Shown piece by piece: positions 38,003-47,538 of a stretch of DNA of 64,000 nucleotides. How positions within the stretch are numbered: position 1 is the stretch's first letter; every line of letters starts with the position of its first letter. The notes under the pieces were generated by a model that had not been told where the DNA came from, searched no databases, and saw only the letters and a list, made by a program, of their open reading frames with translations. The translations under genes and the position numbers were made by a program. The stretch is from Candidatus Hydrogenedentota bacterium (GTDB lineage Bacteria > Hydrogenedentota > Hydrogenedentia > Hydrogenedentales > SLHB01), in the NCBI GenBank assembly GCA_963668025.2, contig CAXXTH010000017.1, positions 224,001 to 288,000 of the forward strand, read 5' to 3'.

Positions 38003-40267
38003 ATGCAGGCAGTGATTATGGCGGGATTGCTGGTATTTTTTTCGGGCGTAAAGGTAAGCGATTTCCCTGGCCCCGTGGCGGAGGTGCAAGCAATCGGCGG
38101 CGTGCCCACGTTCACCGTCGACGGAAAGCCGTTTACGTCGCCTTGCTTCGAGACGTATGCGCCGGAGACGCATTATTTCGAGCAATTCGCCCAGGCCGGA
38201 ACGAAAATCTACAGTTTCAATATTGACGCCGGGGGGCATCCGTATAGCGGTGAGGAAGTATGGAAAGCGCCGGATACGTGGGATTTCTCGCTCATTGATG
38301 AGCGGATGAAGCGTGTGCTGGACGCCGATCCGGATGCGCTTATTATTCCGCGCATTTATATTGGGCTGCCCCAATGGTGGAACGAGGCGAATCCAGATGA
38401 ACTCATGGTGTTGAACACCGGCAAGACCACCTACGAGGAGCCGAATCCCAATCCCTCGGTGCCCAAAGGGAAGACGTTCCCGAGCATTGTCTCCGAGAAA
38501 TGGCGCGCCGGCCTCGATATGAGCCTGCGGAAAGTGCTCGAACACATTCACACCGGCCCGTATAAAGACCATATTTTCGGCTATCTCATCGCGGGCCTGG
38601 ATACGGAGGAGTGGTACCATTGGAGCAGCGGCTCGAACCAGCTCGAGGGATACTGCAAGCCCATGGAGCTGGCGTTCCAGAAATGGCTGCGCGCCCGGTA
38701 TAAGACGGATGAGGCGTTGCAACAGGCGTGGCGGCGGCCAGGGGCGGTGTTTGATGCCGTGAAGGTTCCCAGCTACGAATCACGCTATGACCGCGACAAG
38801 GCGACTTTCCGTAACCCTGAAACGCAGATGGATGTCATTGATTTTTATACGTTTTACAACGATATTGTGCCCGATACGATCGATTTCGCCGCGAAAATCA
38901 TAAAGGACTACACCAAAGGCACGAAAGTATGCGGGGCTTTTTACGGGTTTATGTTTGCCTTCCGTGGCGATCCCGAGTATGGCCATAATGGGCTCGAACG
39001 GTATCTGCAATCAGATAACCTCGATTTCATTTTCGTGACGGCCACCTACATCAACCGCAACTTCGCCACGGGCGGCACGTTCCAGCGCGGCCCGGCGCGT
39101 AGCATCATGCTCAACGGGAAGCTGTATTACCACGACTCAGACAGCATGTCGTTTGTGTCGCCCGAAGTGCTCAAGCGGATGAACTGGACAAAAGAAGTGC
39201 TGGATGAATGCCTGTTTTATCATGTCGAGATCACGGATTCAGCCCAGAAGAGCCGGTGGGTGTATCAGCGGGACGCGGGCTTCGCTTTGGCGAACGGATT
39301 CTATACCAGCTTCTTTGATCTGCATGGCGGCCATTTTGATCATCCGGAGTTAATGGATGAAATCGGGCGCTTAAACCGCATCATGGAGGCTTCCACGGAG
39401 TATCCGAGGGGATCAGCGGCGGAAATCCTCGTCGTATCCGACGAGCGTTCCTGTAATTATGCGACGATGATGAGCAAGTTGTTAGGCCAGGCCCTCACGG
39501 AACCCCAGTATGCGTTCATGCAACTCGGTGCGCCGGTGGACCAAATCCTGCTCCACGACCTGGAGAAGGTGGATACTTCGCCCTACAAGATGGCGGTGTT
39601 CCTCAATACGTACAATCTTACAGACCAGGACCGTGCGCTCATCCAGGAGAAACTGGCCAATAATGGCCGGCACTTGGTCTGGTGTTACACATCCGGCTTG
39701 TTCAACCAGGCCGATTCATCCGAATCGCTGATGTCCGATATCATGGGCATTCGGATGAAAGCCGCGGACGACCCGGCGTATATCGCGCCCCGTATCGAGC
39801 TTGCGGCCTCGGGAAAACAAGCATACGCGGACGCCTTGCGGCGTGCGGGCGATGTGATTGGACATCAAGACGCCTCGTGCCAAATGTATTACGCGGATGA
39901 TCCGGGCGCGGCGGTGATGGGCGTATTGACCGGAACGGATAAGCCCGCCTTCGTCGTAAAGGAGCAGGGCGATTGGACTTCGGTATATTCACTGACCGCC
40001 GCGCTGCCTGCTACAGCCTACCGGGAAATGGCGCGCATGGCGGGGGTTCATATTTATAACAACCATGACGACACCTTCTACGCTAACCAATCATTCATTA
40101 CCCTTCATGCGCGTGACGCTGGCGTACGGACAATCACCCTGCCTGGAAAACATACCGTGTATGACTTGATTTCAGGCCGTGAAGTGGCCCAGAACACTGC
40201 GGCGTTCACCCGCACGCTGGCGCAAGGCGAAACGCTGTTGCTGCGCGTGACGCCGCCGTTGCGCTAA
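38003..40267 (+). CDS. GH42-like (beta-galactosidase-related) TIM-barrel glycoside hydrolase
   Basis: GVPTFTVDGKP, WDFS.ID, P.WW..ANPDEL, T.EW, FQKWLRARY.T..AL..AW, and a C-terminal trimerisation-like region. Confidence 0.75.
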   Translation: MQAVIMAGLLVFFSGVKVSDFPGPVAEVQAIGGVPTFTVDGKPFTSPCFETYAPETHYFEQFAQAGTKIYSFNIDAGGHPYSGEEVWKAPDTWDFSLIDERMKRVLDADPDALIIPRIYIGLPQWWNEANPDELMVLNTGKTTYEEPNPNPSVPKGKTFPSIVSEKWRAGLDMSLRKVLEHIHTGPYKDHIFGYLIAGLDTEEWYHWSSGSNQLEGYCKPMELAFQKWLRARYKTDEALQQAWRRPGAVFDAVKVPSYESRYDRDKATFRNPETQMDVIDFYTFYNDIVPDTIDFAAKIIKDYTKGTKVCGAFYGFMFAFRGDPEYGHNGLERYLQSDNLDFIFVTATYINRNFATGGTFQRGPARSIMLNGKLYYHDSDSMSFVSPEVLKRMNWTKEVLDECLFYHVEITDSAQKSRWVYQRDAGFALANGFYTSFFDLHGGHFDHPELMDEIGRLNRIMEASTEYPRGSAAEILVVSDERSCNYATMMSKLLGQALTEPQYAFMQLGAPVDQILLHDLEKVDTSPYKMAVFLNTYNLTDQDRALIQEKLANNGRHLVWCYTSGLFNQADSSESLMSDIMGIRMKAADDPAYIAPRIELAASGKQAYADALRRAGDVIGHQDASCQMYYADDPGAAVMGVLTGTDKPAFVVKEQGDWTSVYSLTAALPATAYREMARMAGVHIYNNHDDTFYANQSFITLHARDAGVRTITLPGKHTVYDLISGREVAQNTAAFTRTLAQGETLLLRVTPPLR

Positions 40268-40308
40268 AAGGTTCAGGCATATAAGGGAAGCGCTTTACAT
40301 GAAAGCCT

Positions 40309-40352
40309 GGTTGAGCGCTGAATTTGGAGTGAAACCAAAACAGCGCTCAACC
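40309..40352 (+). terminator. Hairpin after the glycoside hydrolase gene
   Basis: 12-bp perfect stem ggttgagcgctg / cagcgctcaacc. Confidence 0.5.
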
Positions 40353-40442
40353 GGATGATTTTTGTAACGCTTTTGTTTATACTATGTTGTAGAGTATGGA
40401 GAGGTGGAGCCGGGTATGGTGAGGGAAAGCAAAAATAAAGGA

Positions 40443-40472
40443 TTGACAAAAGAAAACGCTTTCCTTTATACT
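40443..40472 (+). promoter_or_regulatory. Sigma70 promoter with a LacI-type operator in the spacer
   Basis: TTGACA-18 nt-TATACT. GAAAACGCTTTC lies between the boxes. Confidence 0.7.
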
Positions 40473-40630
40473 TTTAGTAGAACAACGGGCGTTTCCCATT
40501 CGACGCGCAAGGCCGCCGCGTCCAAGAAGGCCCGCGCAATCCATCCAGGCGAAATTGCCAAGGGGACGGTTGCTATTCATTACGTCATTTTTAGAGATGG
40601 AAAGAGAATCACATCACAGGAGGAGCAAAC

Positions 40631-41758
40631 ATGAGAACGCCAGCAAAGGACAAAGGGTTCACCCTCATTGAACTGCTTGTCGTCATCGCCATCATCGCTA
40701 TTTTAGCTGCCATCTTGCTTCCGGCGTTGGCGCGGGCGCGTGAAGCCGCGCGCCGTGCATCCTGCGCGAGCAACCTCAAGCAGTGGGGCATCATTTTTAA
40801 GATGTTCGCCGGTGAAAACAAGTCGCAAAAATTTCCGCAGAACAACCTATGGTGTATCGGGAATCAATGGGACACGTTTGGCGTGAACTCAATAGAGTTA
40901 TATCCCGATTACTGGAACGATCCGGCGATCATGGTGTGTCCATCGGATTCGCGCACTGTTGAAGCCGGGCAGGACTTCCCGGGGGGGTGGAAGCTGAGTG
41001 ATAGCATCATCGACGATATCAAGCAGATCAAGGAAAACAATGTGGAGGTTGGCGGCGGCTTCACGATGGCGGAAGCGTTGACAGCCGGTATTCTGTCTTG
41101 GCCGGTTTCCTACGTGTATATGGGGCACGCCTGCCGTTCGACGCAAGACATGGTTATGCTGTACTTCCAACTGCTGTCGGGCGGCGACTCTCTTGTAGAC
41201 TCGACCAAATCGATTGACTTCGGCAGCTATGCGATTGCCGGGCCAAGCCTGAAAAACGTTAATGCGCCCAGTGCATTTTGCGTCGCTTGGCCTACCGGCA
41301 TCGCGCTTAAGCTCCAACCCAATATGAATCGCGACACAGACTACAAACTGAATGACAGCGATTGGGCGGTGAGCTGGGATTATTGCGATGAAGATGGCAC
41401 GAAGTACAAGGGGTCCAGCCGGACGTTGAATCGGTTGAGGGAAGGTGTGGAACGCTTCTTCATTACCGATATTAATAATCCCGCTGCAGGCGCAGTGGGC
41501 CAGTCGACATTGATTACCATGTTTGATGCGTACGCATACAGCAATTCCACCATTATGGCGTTCAACAACCACGCTGATGCGGCGGGCGGCGCGACCATAC
41601 GTACGAACCATGTGCCGGGCGGCTCGAATGTGTTGTTCATGGATGGCCATGTGGAATTCCGGCGCTTCAAGCAGGGGCATCCGCTCGAGTTCAATGCATG
41701 GCCGGATGCGTCGTACGTTGCGCCGTTGGTGCAGGCTTGCATGGGTGGCGCTGGCTGA
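40631..41758 (+). CDS. Prepilin-type N-terminal cleavage protein, DUF1559 / H-X9-DG family
   Basis: [43 protein letters not shown] and [18 protein letters not shown]. Confidence 0.95.
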   Translation: MRTPAKDKGFTLIELLVVIAIIAILAAILLPALARAREAARRASCASNLKQWGIIFKMFAGENKSQKFPQNNLWCIGNQWDTFGVNSIELYPDYWNDPAIMVCPSDSRTVEAGQDFPGGWKLSDSIIDDIKQIKENNVEVGGGFTMAEALTAGILSWPVSYVYMGHACRSTQDMVMLYFQLLSGGDSLVDSTKSIDFGSYAIAGPSLKNVNAPSAFCVAWPTGIALKLQPNMNRDTDYKLNDSDWAVSWDYCDEDGTKYKGSSRTLNRLREGVERFFITDINNPAAGAVGQSTLITMFDAYAYSNSTIMAFNNHADAAGGATIRTNHVPGGSNVLFMDGHVEFRRFKQGHPLEFNAWPDASYVAPLVQACMGGAG

Positions 41759-41785
41759 GTTCTTCTACCTGCTCCAATGAACATG

Positions 41786-41820
41786 AAAGGGCCAAGCGCG
41801 CATATGCGCTTGGCCCCTTT
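41786..41820. terminator. Bidirectional terminator between convergent genes
   Basis: aaagggccaagcgc ... gcgcttggccccttt. Confidence 0.7.
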
Positions 41821-41834
41821 CGTAAACAAGAAAC

Positions 41835-42458
41835 TCAATCGGGAAATATCTCAGCATACGCATCAATGGAAACAACCGCATCCAGACTCACTTTGCTGGT
41901 GGGGAGGCTGCGTGGAGTGGCTTCGATTTCGAGTGTGGGGCATCCTTCGCCCGTATTGGCATCATTGGCCTGGATGAGGTCGAGGAAGTCCACGGTTCCG
42001 ACAGGCAGCAGCTCGATCACGGTTCCGAACCCATCATTATCCGAGGCCGCGCCAAGAATCACCGCCTGTTGTTCTACGCCGTTCACCGGCTTGGGGATAT
42101 AGCGCAGGGTGATGGCTGATAGAAACGAGAAATCGCCCTGCGTAGCGGTGAGCGCCGCGCCCGCAAGCTCAAACCGGCTCATACGCACCAGGCTGCTGAG
42201 ATCCACTCCCGCCGCCTCGGTGAATAGGGTGTTGATGTCCTCTTCGGAAAGGAGATTGCACAGCTCCTTGTCGAAGGTATAGCTTAGGCTGAGTTGCTTG
42301 CCGGATATCAGGTCTTGCGGGATGTCCATGGAACCTAAAGGGATATCGAGCCGGAAAGGCCCGATCTCGATGGGAGGCGCGGGGCATCCTGTCCACGCCA
42401 TGGTTAACATGACAACTAAACTCGAATATATCCAGGATTTTGTGGCATGCATATGCAA
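41835..42458 (-). CDS. Hypothetical lipoprotein
   Basis: Hydrophobic leader ending AWTGCP (lipobox-like). Confidence 0.6.
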   Translation of the reverse strand: MHMHATKSWIYSSLVVMLTMAWTGCPAPPIEIGPFRLDIPLGSMDIPQDLISGKQLSLSYTFDKELCNLLSEEDINTLFTEAAGVDLSSLVRMSRFELAGAALTATQGDFSFLSAITLRYIPKPVNGVEQQAVILGAASDNDGFGTVIELLPVGTVDFLDLIQANDANTGEGCPTLEIEATPRSLPTSKVSLDAVVSIDAYAEIFPD

Positions 42459-42636
42459 TCTCCTACGTTTACGCCATACCTAAACTGTCCCCGGTAACAG
42501 TCTGAAAAGTCAAGGGTATTCCGGGGACAGAGAATTGCTAAAAAGAAACCAACAAACCTAAGGCAGAAAAAAGGCTGTATATGCGAAAGAGAACATGAGT
42601 GCGGCAGCTTGCTGCCGCTTTGGAGGATGTATCCCA

Positions 42637-43911
42637 ATGAAAAAAAAGCTGTGTCTGCTCATCTTGTTTTCACTGATTGGTATTAGTTTGATGCCGCTTG
42701 CGGAAGCGGAAGACGCCACCTGTCCATGTCCAGGCGGTATAGATACGGATTTGTGGATTTTGGCGGGGCAATCCAACATGTATGGCTGGGCCCCGCTTCC
42801 GTTGGAACCTGATAAGCCCAATCCACATGTCTGGATGTTCGGACTGGACAATCGCTGGATGCTCGCCCAAGATCCGCTCCATCGCGGCTACGAAGCAGAA
42901 GCCCCCATTTACCACGAGTTCATGTTAGGCATGTGCAAGACCGAAGAGCAGTATCTCGAATACCGCGCCCAGAGCAAAAAAACGCCCATTGGCGGCGTAG
43001 GGCCGGGATTGTTTTTTGCGAAGCAACTCGAACGCGTGCTGGACAAACCTATCGGGCTTATCCCCAGCTCTCCCGGGGGCTGCCGCATCGAGCATTATTC
43101 GCCCGCCCTGAAAGACAAACAAGGCGGCTCCGTCTATGGCGCACTGATGGAGCGCATCGCCATGGCGGGCGGGCGCGTGAAGGGCGTGCTCTGGTATCAG
43201 GGAGAAGGAGACGTGCCGAATCCGGAGACCGCCCAAGGCTACGGCAAGGCCCTGCTGGAGCTCATCGATGCATTGCGCCGCGACACGGGCAATCCGGAAC
43301 TGCCGTTCTTGTGCGTCCAAATAGGGCATTATACGCGGGCGAATAATCCCGCTCTCGACCATAATTGGGACACCATCCGCGAGGCGCAGCGGCAAGTGCA
43401 AAACCTGCGGGAACATGTGTACGTAGTGAGCGCCATCGATCTCCCCCTCACGGACCACATCCATCTTTCGTATGAGGGCCAGGAACGCATGGGGAAACGG
43501 CTGGCGGAAATCGCGCTGTCGAAGGTCTATCATGTGCAAGGGCACGGCGAATCCATTGATTTCACGGGCGCGGAACTCATCGAGCCAGATAGCGCCACGC
43601 CTAGCATACGCGTCCATTTCACCGGCGTAACGGGAAAACTGCTCGCGCAGGGGCGGCCCACGGGGTTCATGGCGCGTTTCCCGAATGAGACGGGCGAGAT
43701 CCCCGAGCCTTACCAGGTAGACTTCGATCCCAATGATCCGGCAACGGTCATCCTGCGGTTCTGCAACCCACTGCCGAAAGGGCCCGTGGAATTGTTCTAC
43801 GCCGAAGGTATGAATCCCTATGCCAATATCACGGACGAGAAAGACATGCCCCTTCCCGCCTTCGGCCCCATCGAGCTGGCGCGTCCGGAGAGCGAAAACA
43901 AACAACCTTAA
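42637..43911 (+). CDS. Sialate O-acetylesterase / SASA (DUF303) SGNH esterase
   Basis: Signal peptide, LAGQSNM, GVLWYQGE.D, IREAQ, D.IHL. Confidence 0.9.
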   Translation: MKKKLCLLILFSLIGISLMPLAEAEDATCPCPGGIDTDLWILAGQSNMYGWAPLPLEPDKPNPHVWMFGLDNRWMLAQDPLHRGYEAEAPIYHEFMLGMCKTEEQYLEYRAQSKKTPIGGVGPGLFFAKQLERVLDKPIGLIPSSPGGCRIEHYSPALKDKQGGSVYGALMERIAMAGGRVKGVLWYQGEGDVPNPETAQGYGKALLELIDALRRDTGNPELPFLCVQIGHYTRANNPALDHNWDTIREAQRQVQNLREHVYVVSAIDLPLTDHIHLSYEGQERMGKRLAEIALSKVYHVQGHGESIDFTGAELIEPDSATPSIRVHFTGVTGKLLAQGRPTGFMARFPNETGEIPEPYQVDFDPNDPATVILRFCNPLPKGPVELFYAEGMNPYANITDEKDMPLPAFGPIELARPESENKQP

Positions 43912-43930
43912 TCGTCAATTGGGCTCTTCC

Positions 43931-44000
43931 ATAGCATGGGCGTCTCGCCCATGAAGCATGTGGTATTGCCATCGCTTCATGGGCGAGACGCCCATGCTAC
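43931..44000. repeat. Inverted GTAG-type REP doublet
   Basis: tagcatgggcgtctcgcccatgaagc ... gcttcatgggcgagacgcccatgcta. Confidence 0.8.
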
Positions 44001-44078
44001 GGTTTGGTAAGGTTGCATTCCAGACACGGCGCTTTTATGCTGGCTATGAACCAATGATGAATAGTATCCAATAGGAGA

Positions 44079-45395
44079 ATGCTCATGCCTACGCAGGAAC
44101 AAGTGCTGGATTCCATGCGGCACATCATCGATCCCGATATCGGGCGCGACATCGTGTCCCTCGGGTTTATAAAGGATCTTGAGATCACGGGCGGGAACGT
44201 GCGGTTCCGCCTTGAATTGACTACGCCCGCCTGCCCGATGAAGCAGCGATTCGTCGAGCAATGCGAGGCGGCTGTGAAGGCTGTGCCTGGCGTCGAGTCG
44301 GTGAAGGTCACATTGAGCGCCATGCAGCCGAAGGCGCGCCCCGAGGCCCAGATCAACACCCTCGAAAAAGTCGGAGCGGTGCTGGCGGTGTCGTCGTGCA
44401 AAGGCGGTGTCGGCAAGTCCACCGTGGCCGCCCAACTGGCGCTGGCCATGCGGCGCGAGGGCCTCGCCGTGGGGCTGCTCGATGCGGATGTCTATGGCCC
44501 TTCCGTGCCCACGCTGTTCAACCTGCACCATCCGCCTGTCACGGCGCGCGATAACCTTCTCCAGCCCGTCGAGGCGGACGGTTTGAAGATTATGTCGCTC
44601 GGTTTCCTGCTGGGCGAAGCGCCCGCCGTCCTGCGCGGGCCTATCGTGTCCAACTACATCCAGCAGATCCTCCGCCAGACCGAATGGGGCGTGCTCGATT
44701 ATCTCATTATCGACCTGCCCCCCGGCACGGGCGACATCCAGCTCACTATCGTCCAGCAGGCCGCGCTCGACGGGGCGATCATCGTCACCACGCCCCAGGC
44801 CCTCTCGCTGGTCGATGTGGCGCGGGGCATCCTCATGTTCGAGAAGGTGAATGTGCCCGTCCTCGGCGTCGTCGAGAACATGTGCTCGTTCACCTGTAGC
44901 GACTGCGGCGCGGTCCACTATCCCTTCGGGCGCAGCCAGGGCAAACTGCAAGAGAGGTTCGGCCTGCCAACGCTGGCCGAATTGCCCATCTCGAACGGGG
45001 CCGCCGACATCCACGCGAAGAATGCCCAGGACATTCGCACCTCAATGGCCGCCATGGCCGAACAGGTCCACCGCGCCGTGGGCAAGAGCCGTGTCGCGGC
45101 GGTAGCGCTGCCCGAACTCGACCCCATGCCCGAGGCGCTCCTGATTCATTGGCCCGACGGGACCGATACGGCCCTCGACAACCACGCCCTTCGTTGCGCA
45201 TGCCCTTGCGCTGTCTGCGTGGACGAATATACCGGCGCGCAACTGCTCGACCCGCTCCAAGTGCCGCCCGATGTCTCGATTGACGGCATCGAACGCCTCG
45301 GCAACTACGCCGTGGCCTTCACCTGGAGCGACGGCCACACCACGGGCATCTATTCATGGGAGTATCTCAAGAAGCTCGCGGCAAGCGGGGAATAG
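44079..45395 (+). CDS. mrp: Fe-S carrier Mrp/ApbC (NBP35) with N-terminal DUF59 and C-terminal DUF971-like domain
   Basis: DPDIGRDIVSLG/TTPACP, SCKGGVGKST, DLPPGTGD, ENM...C..C, then LRCACPCA.C...GNYAV.F.WSDGH.TGIYSW.YL. Confidence 0.9.
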   Translation: MLMPTQEQVLDSMRHIIDPDIGRDIVSLGFIKDLEITGGNVRFRLELTTPACPMKQRFVEQCEAAVKAVPGVESVKVTLSAMQPKARPEAQINTLEKVGAVLAVSSCKGGVGKSTVAAQLALAMRREGLAVGLLDADVYGPSVPTLFNLHHPPVTARDNLLQPVEADGLKIMSLGFLLGEAPAVLRGPIVSNYIQQILRQTEWGVLDYLIIDLPPGTGDIQLTIVQQAALDGAIIVTTPQALSLVDVARGILMFEKVNVPVLGVVENMCSFTCSDCGAVHYPFGRSQGKLQERFGLPTLAELPISNGAADIHAKNAQDIRTSMAAMAEQVHRAVGKSRVAAVALPELDPMPEALLIHWPDGTDTALDNHALRCACPCAVCVDEYTGAQLLDPLQVPPDVSIDGIERLGNYAVAFTWSDGHTTGIYSWEYLKKLAASGE

Positions 45396-45410
45396 GTGAG
45401 GATAAAAGCC

Positions 45411-45543
45411 GGGGACAACCTTTTTAAAAAAAGGTTTTCCCCGAACCCCTTTCCAAAAACTTTCTATTCGCTTCGCGAAGCGAACATGGCGTTCTTTGGG
45501 AGGGGTCTGGGGAACCCTTTCTGCAAAAGAAAGGGTTCCCCAG
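45411..45543. repeat. Palindromic intergenic repeat pair
   Basis: ggggacaacctttt..aaaaggttttcccc and ggggaaccctttc..gaaagggttcccc between convergent genes. Confidence 0.65.
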
Positions 45544-45565
45544 AAAACCGCTACATCGGACGGCT

Positions 45566-46012
45566 TTATCCTTTCAAACCATCCGGCTTCTTCTTAATGT
45601 CCTCATAGCGTTGGAACCACTCGGGGAATGCTTTTTTAAAGGGGACAGGCTTGAAATCATCTTTGCGTACGACAATATGCGTGGTCGCTCCTTCGGCGCA
45701 TAGGTCGCCATCTCCGTTGATGATGTGGTAGCCATAGGTGGTCCGCAGGCCCTGGTTCGCCTCCACCCATGTTTTAACAAAGACCCGCTCGCCGTAACGC
45801 ACCGGTTTTCTATACGTCACCTCCGCTTTATATACCGGCGCATAATATCCTTCCTTCTCCATATCTAGATAATCATATCCCGCATCATACACCAACTGGG
45901 TCCGGCCCAGCTCGAGCCATTTCAGGTAATTGGCATGATAAATGACACCCATCATGTCCGTATCGGCATAGGATAACTGTATTTCAACGGTCGAGACCAG
46001 ATGTTCGCTCAT
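45566..46012 (-). CDS. Acyl-CoA thioesterase (YbgC/FadM/YneP-like)
   Basis: YADTDMMGVIYHANYLKWLELGRT. Confidence 0.92.
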   Translation of the reverse strand: MSEHLVSTVEIQLSYADTDMMGVIYHANYLKWLELGRTQLVYDAGYDYLDMEKEGYYAPVYKAEVTYRKPVRYGERVFVKTWVEANQGLRTTYGYHIINGDGDLCAEGATTHIVVRKDDFKPVPFKKAFPEWFQRYEDIKKKPDGLKG

Positions 46013-46178
46013 CGAGCTTTCTCCTGCGATAAAGCACTTCTCAAATCATGGAACAATAACGGTATAATGTACAGATATCCCTTCTCTTCACGCAAAGGCA
46101 TTTTCTTGGATTGCATCAAGCAACCTTTTTTTCAATGCCGTGTATTCCATCAACTGTCTACTTGTACTAAAAAAGTTC

Positions 46179-46207
46179 TTGACGGATTTCTAAAACAGGT
46201 ACATACT
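46179..46207 (+). promoter_or_regulatory. Sigma70-like promoter of the TPR gene, conserved in the inverted copy
   Basis: TTGACG-17 nt-CATACT. The same layout occurs on the minus strand at about 61658-61686. Confidence 0.6.
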
Positions 46208-46248
46208 GCATCTAATAAGTGATACAGCCAAAGAAGGAGGATAGGGCA

Positions 46249-47124
46249 ATGAATCGCCATGGGTTTTCATTAAAGCTTGTTTTCCTCGCTATCACCGTCC
46301 TGCTAATGGCCGGGCTTCCGGCCATCGCACAGTCTCCAAAAGAGTCGGAATGTGAATCCCAACAACAAATAGACAAATGGGCCGATGAACTGTCCAAAAC
46401 ATCAAAACTCCGGTATGATAAAAAATATGATGAGGCGATCGCGTGCTACGACCGCGCCATCGAAATCTCCCCCAACGCCGAATACAAGGCCGAGACGTAT
46501 TTCCATAAGGCGCAAGGCCTGGAAACCTGGGATCGATATGAAGCCATCGCCAATTACCAAAAAGTATTAAGTGAAAAACCGACTGCCGCCCTGCGCGCGG
46601 AAACTTGCTTCCGGCTGGGCTCGTTGCATCGCAATATTTCGCTGGGGAAGAGCGAAGAGGAGGCAACGCAGATCGTCGAGACGGAATTCAGCAATGAAAA
46701 TTGCCTGCCCTATTTCGAGATGGGGGCCGCCGCCGCGGGCGAATATGACAAGTATGCGATGTCATGCCGTGTTTATGTAGCCTTTGTATATCAAGATACC
46801 GGCCGCACGCAAGAGGCGGAAGCCATACTCGCCAAACTAGCGGCGCTAGACCCATCCAAAGCAGAGCTTTTTCCCGATCAATTTCTAGTGTCCTGCCAGT
46901 CTCCTAGGCTTTTCTTTGTTCGCAAGGAAGAAACCCTTCAGCATGTCCAGATGACTCGCGAGATTGCCGCCGAGACTTTAGTGGAGTCTTGTATTGTCCA
47001 GCGGGATGATGAATCAACGATAGCTCGCCTGCAAGAACTCTGCGCAAGGTATCCCAAAACCCTGATTGCTCAAGAAGCAGAAAATAAAATCGCAACGATT
47101 GCTTCTACAACAAATCAATCGTAA
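46249..47124 (+). CDS. Secreted TPR-repeat protein, copy A
   Basis: AGGAGG RBS, signal peptide, YDEAIACYDRAIEISPN. Paralog of 60747..61616. Confidence 0.85.
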   Translation: MNRHGFSLKLVFLAITVLLMAGLPAIAQSPKESECESQQQIDKWADELSKTSKLRYDKKYDEAIACYDRAIEISPNAEYKAETYFHKAQGLETWDRYEAIANYQKVLSEKPTAALRAETCFRLGSLHRNISLGKSEEEATQIVETEFSNENCLPYFEMGAAAAGEYDKYAMSCRVYVAFVYQDTGRTQEAEAILAKLAALDPSKAELFPDQFLVSCQSPRLFFVRKEETLQHVQMTREIAAETLVESCIVQRDDESTIARLQELCARYPKTLIAQEAENKIATIASTTNQS

Positions 47125-47296
47125 TCACAAGATCCAGTTATAATATAGACAGGGCGGGCATCATGCATGCAATCCATCTGTATTTACCTCGATCGCCGAA
47201 TAAATGGGGCGTTTTTAAGCGAGTGGATGCAAATACTACTTTTATTCACGATCATTCCATACACCGTCATGATCCATCGTACTTATTTGGTGAGAT

Positions 47297-47350
47297 CCCG
47301 TAGCATGGGCGTCTCGCCCATGCGCATGGCCGGGACGGCCATGCCACGGG
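47297..47350. repeat. GTAG-type REP doublet
   Basis: cccgtagcatgggcgtctcgcccatgcgcatggccgggacggccatgccacggg. Confidence 0.75.
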
Positions 47351-47538
47351 AAATGCATATCTATTTTACCTTTTCCGCGATTCAGTTTTTTATTCGTGCC
47401 CATTGGTGTCAATTCGTGGTCAAAAAACGTTTCCCTGAAACTTCCCGGGCAATGCTAGTATTATATATTCTATTAATCATATTTCCCCAATATGTGCGCA
47501 GGCAATGTCCGCCACAAGTGGACAGGAGGGAAAGGCAA

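Noticed and set aside
40480-40575. c-di-GMP-I riboswitch
   Set aside because: Lacks the GGCAAA...GAAA...GACGCAAAGC pattern in the right order.
47167-47538. N-terminal extension of the 474-aa ORF
   Set aside because: It runs through REP and repeat DNA. Paralogs and the RBS place the start at 47539.
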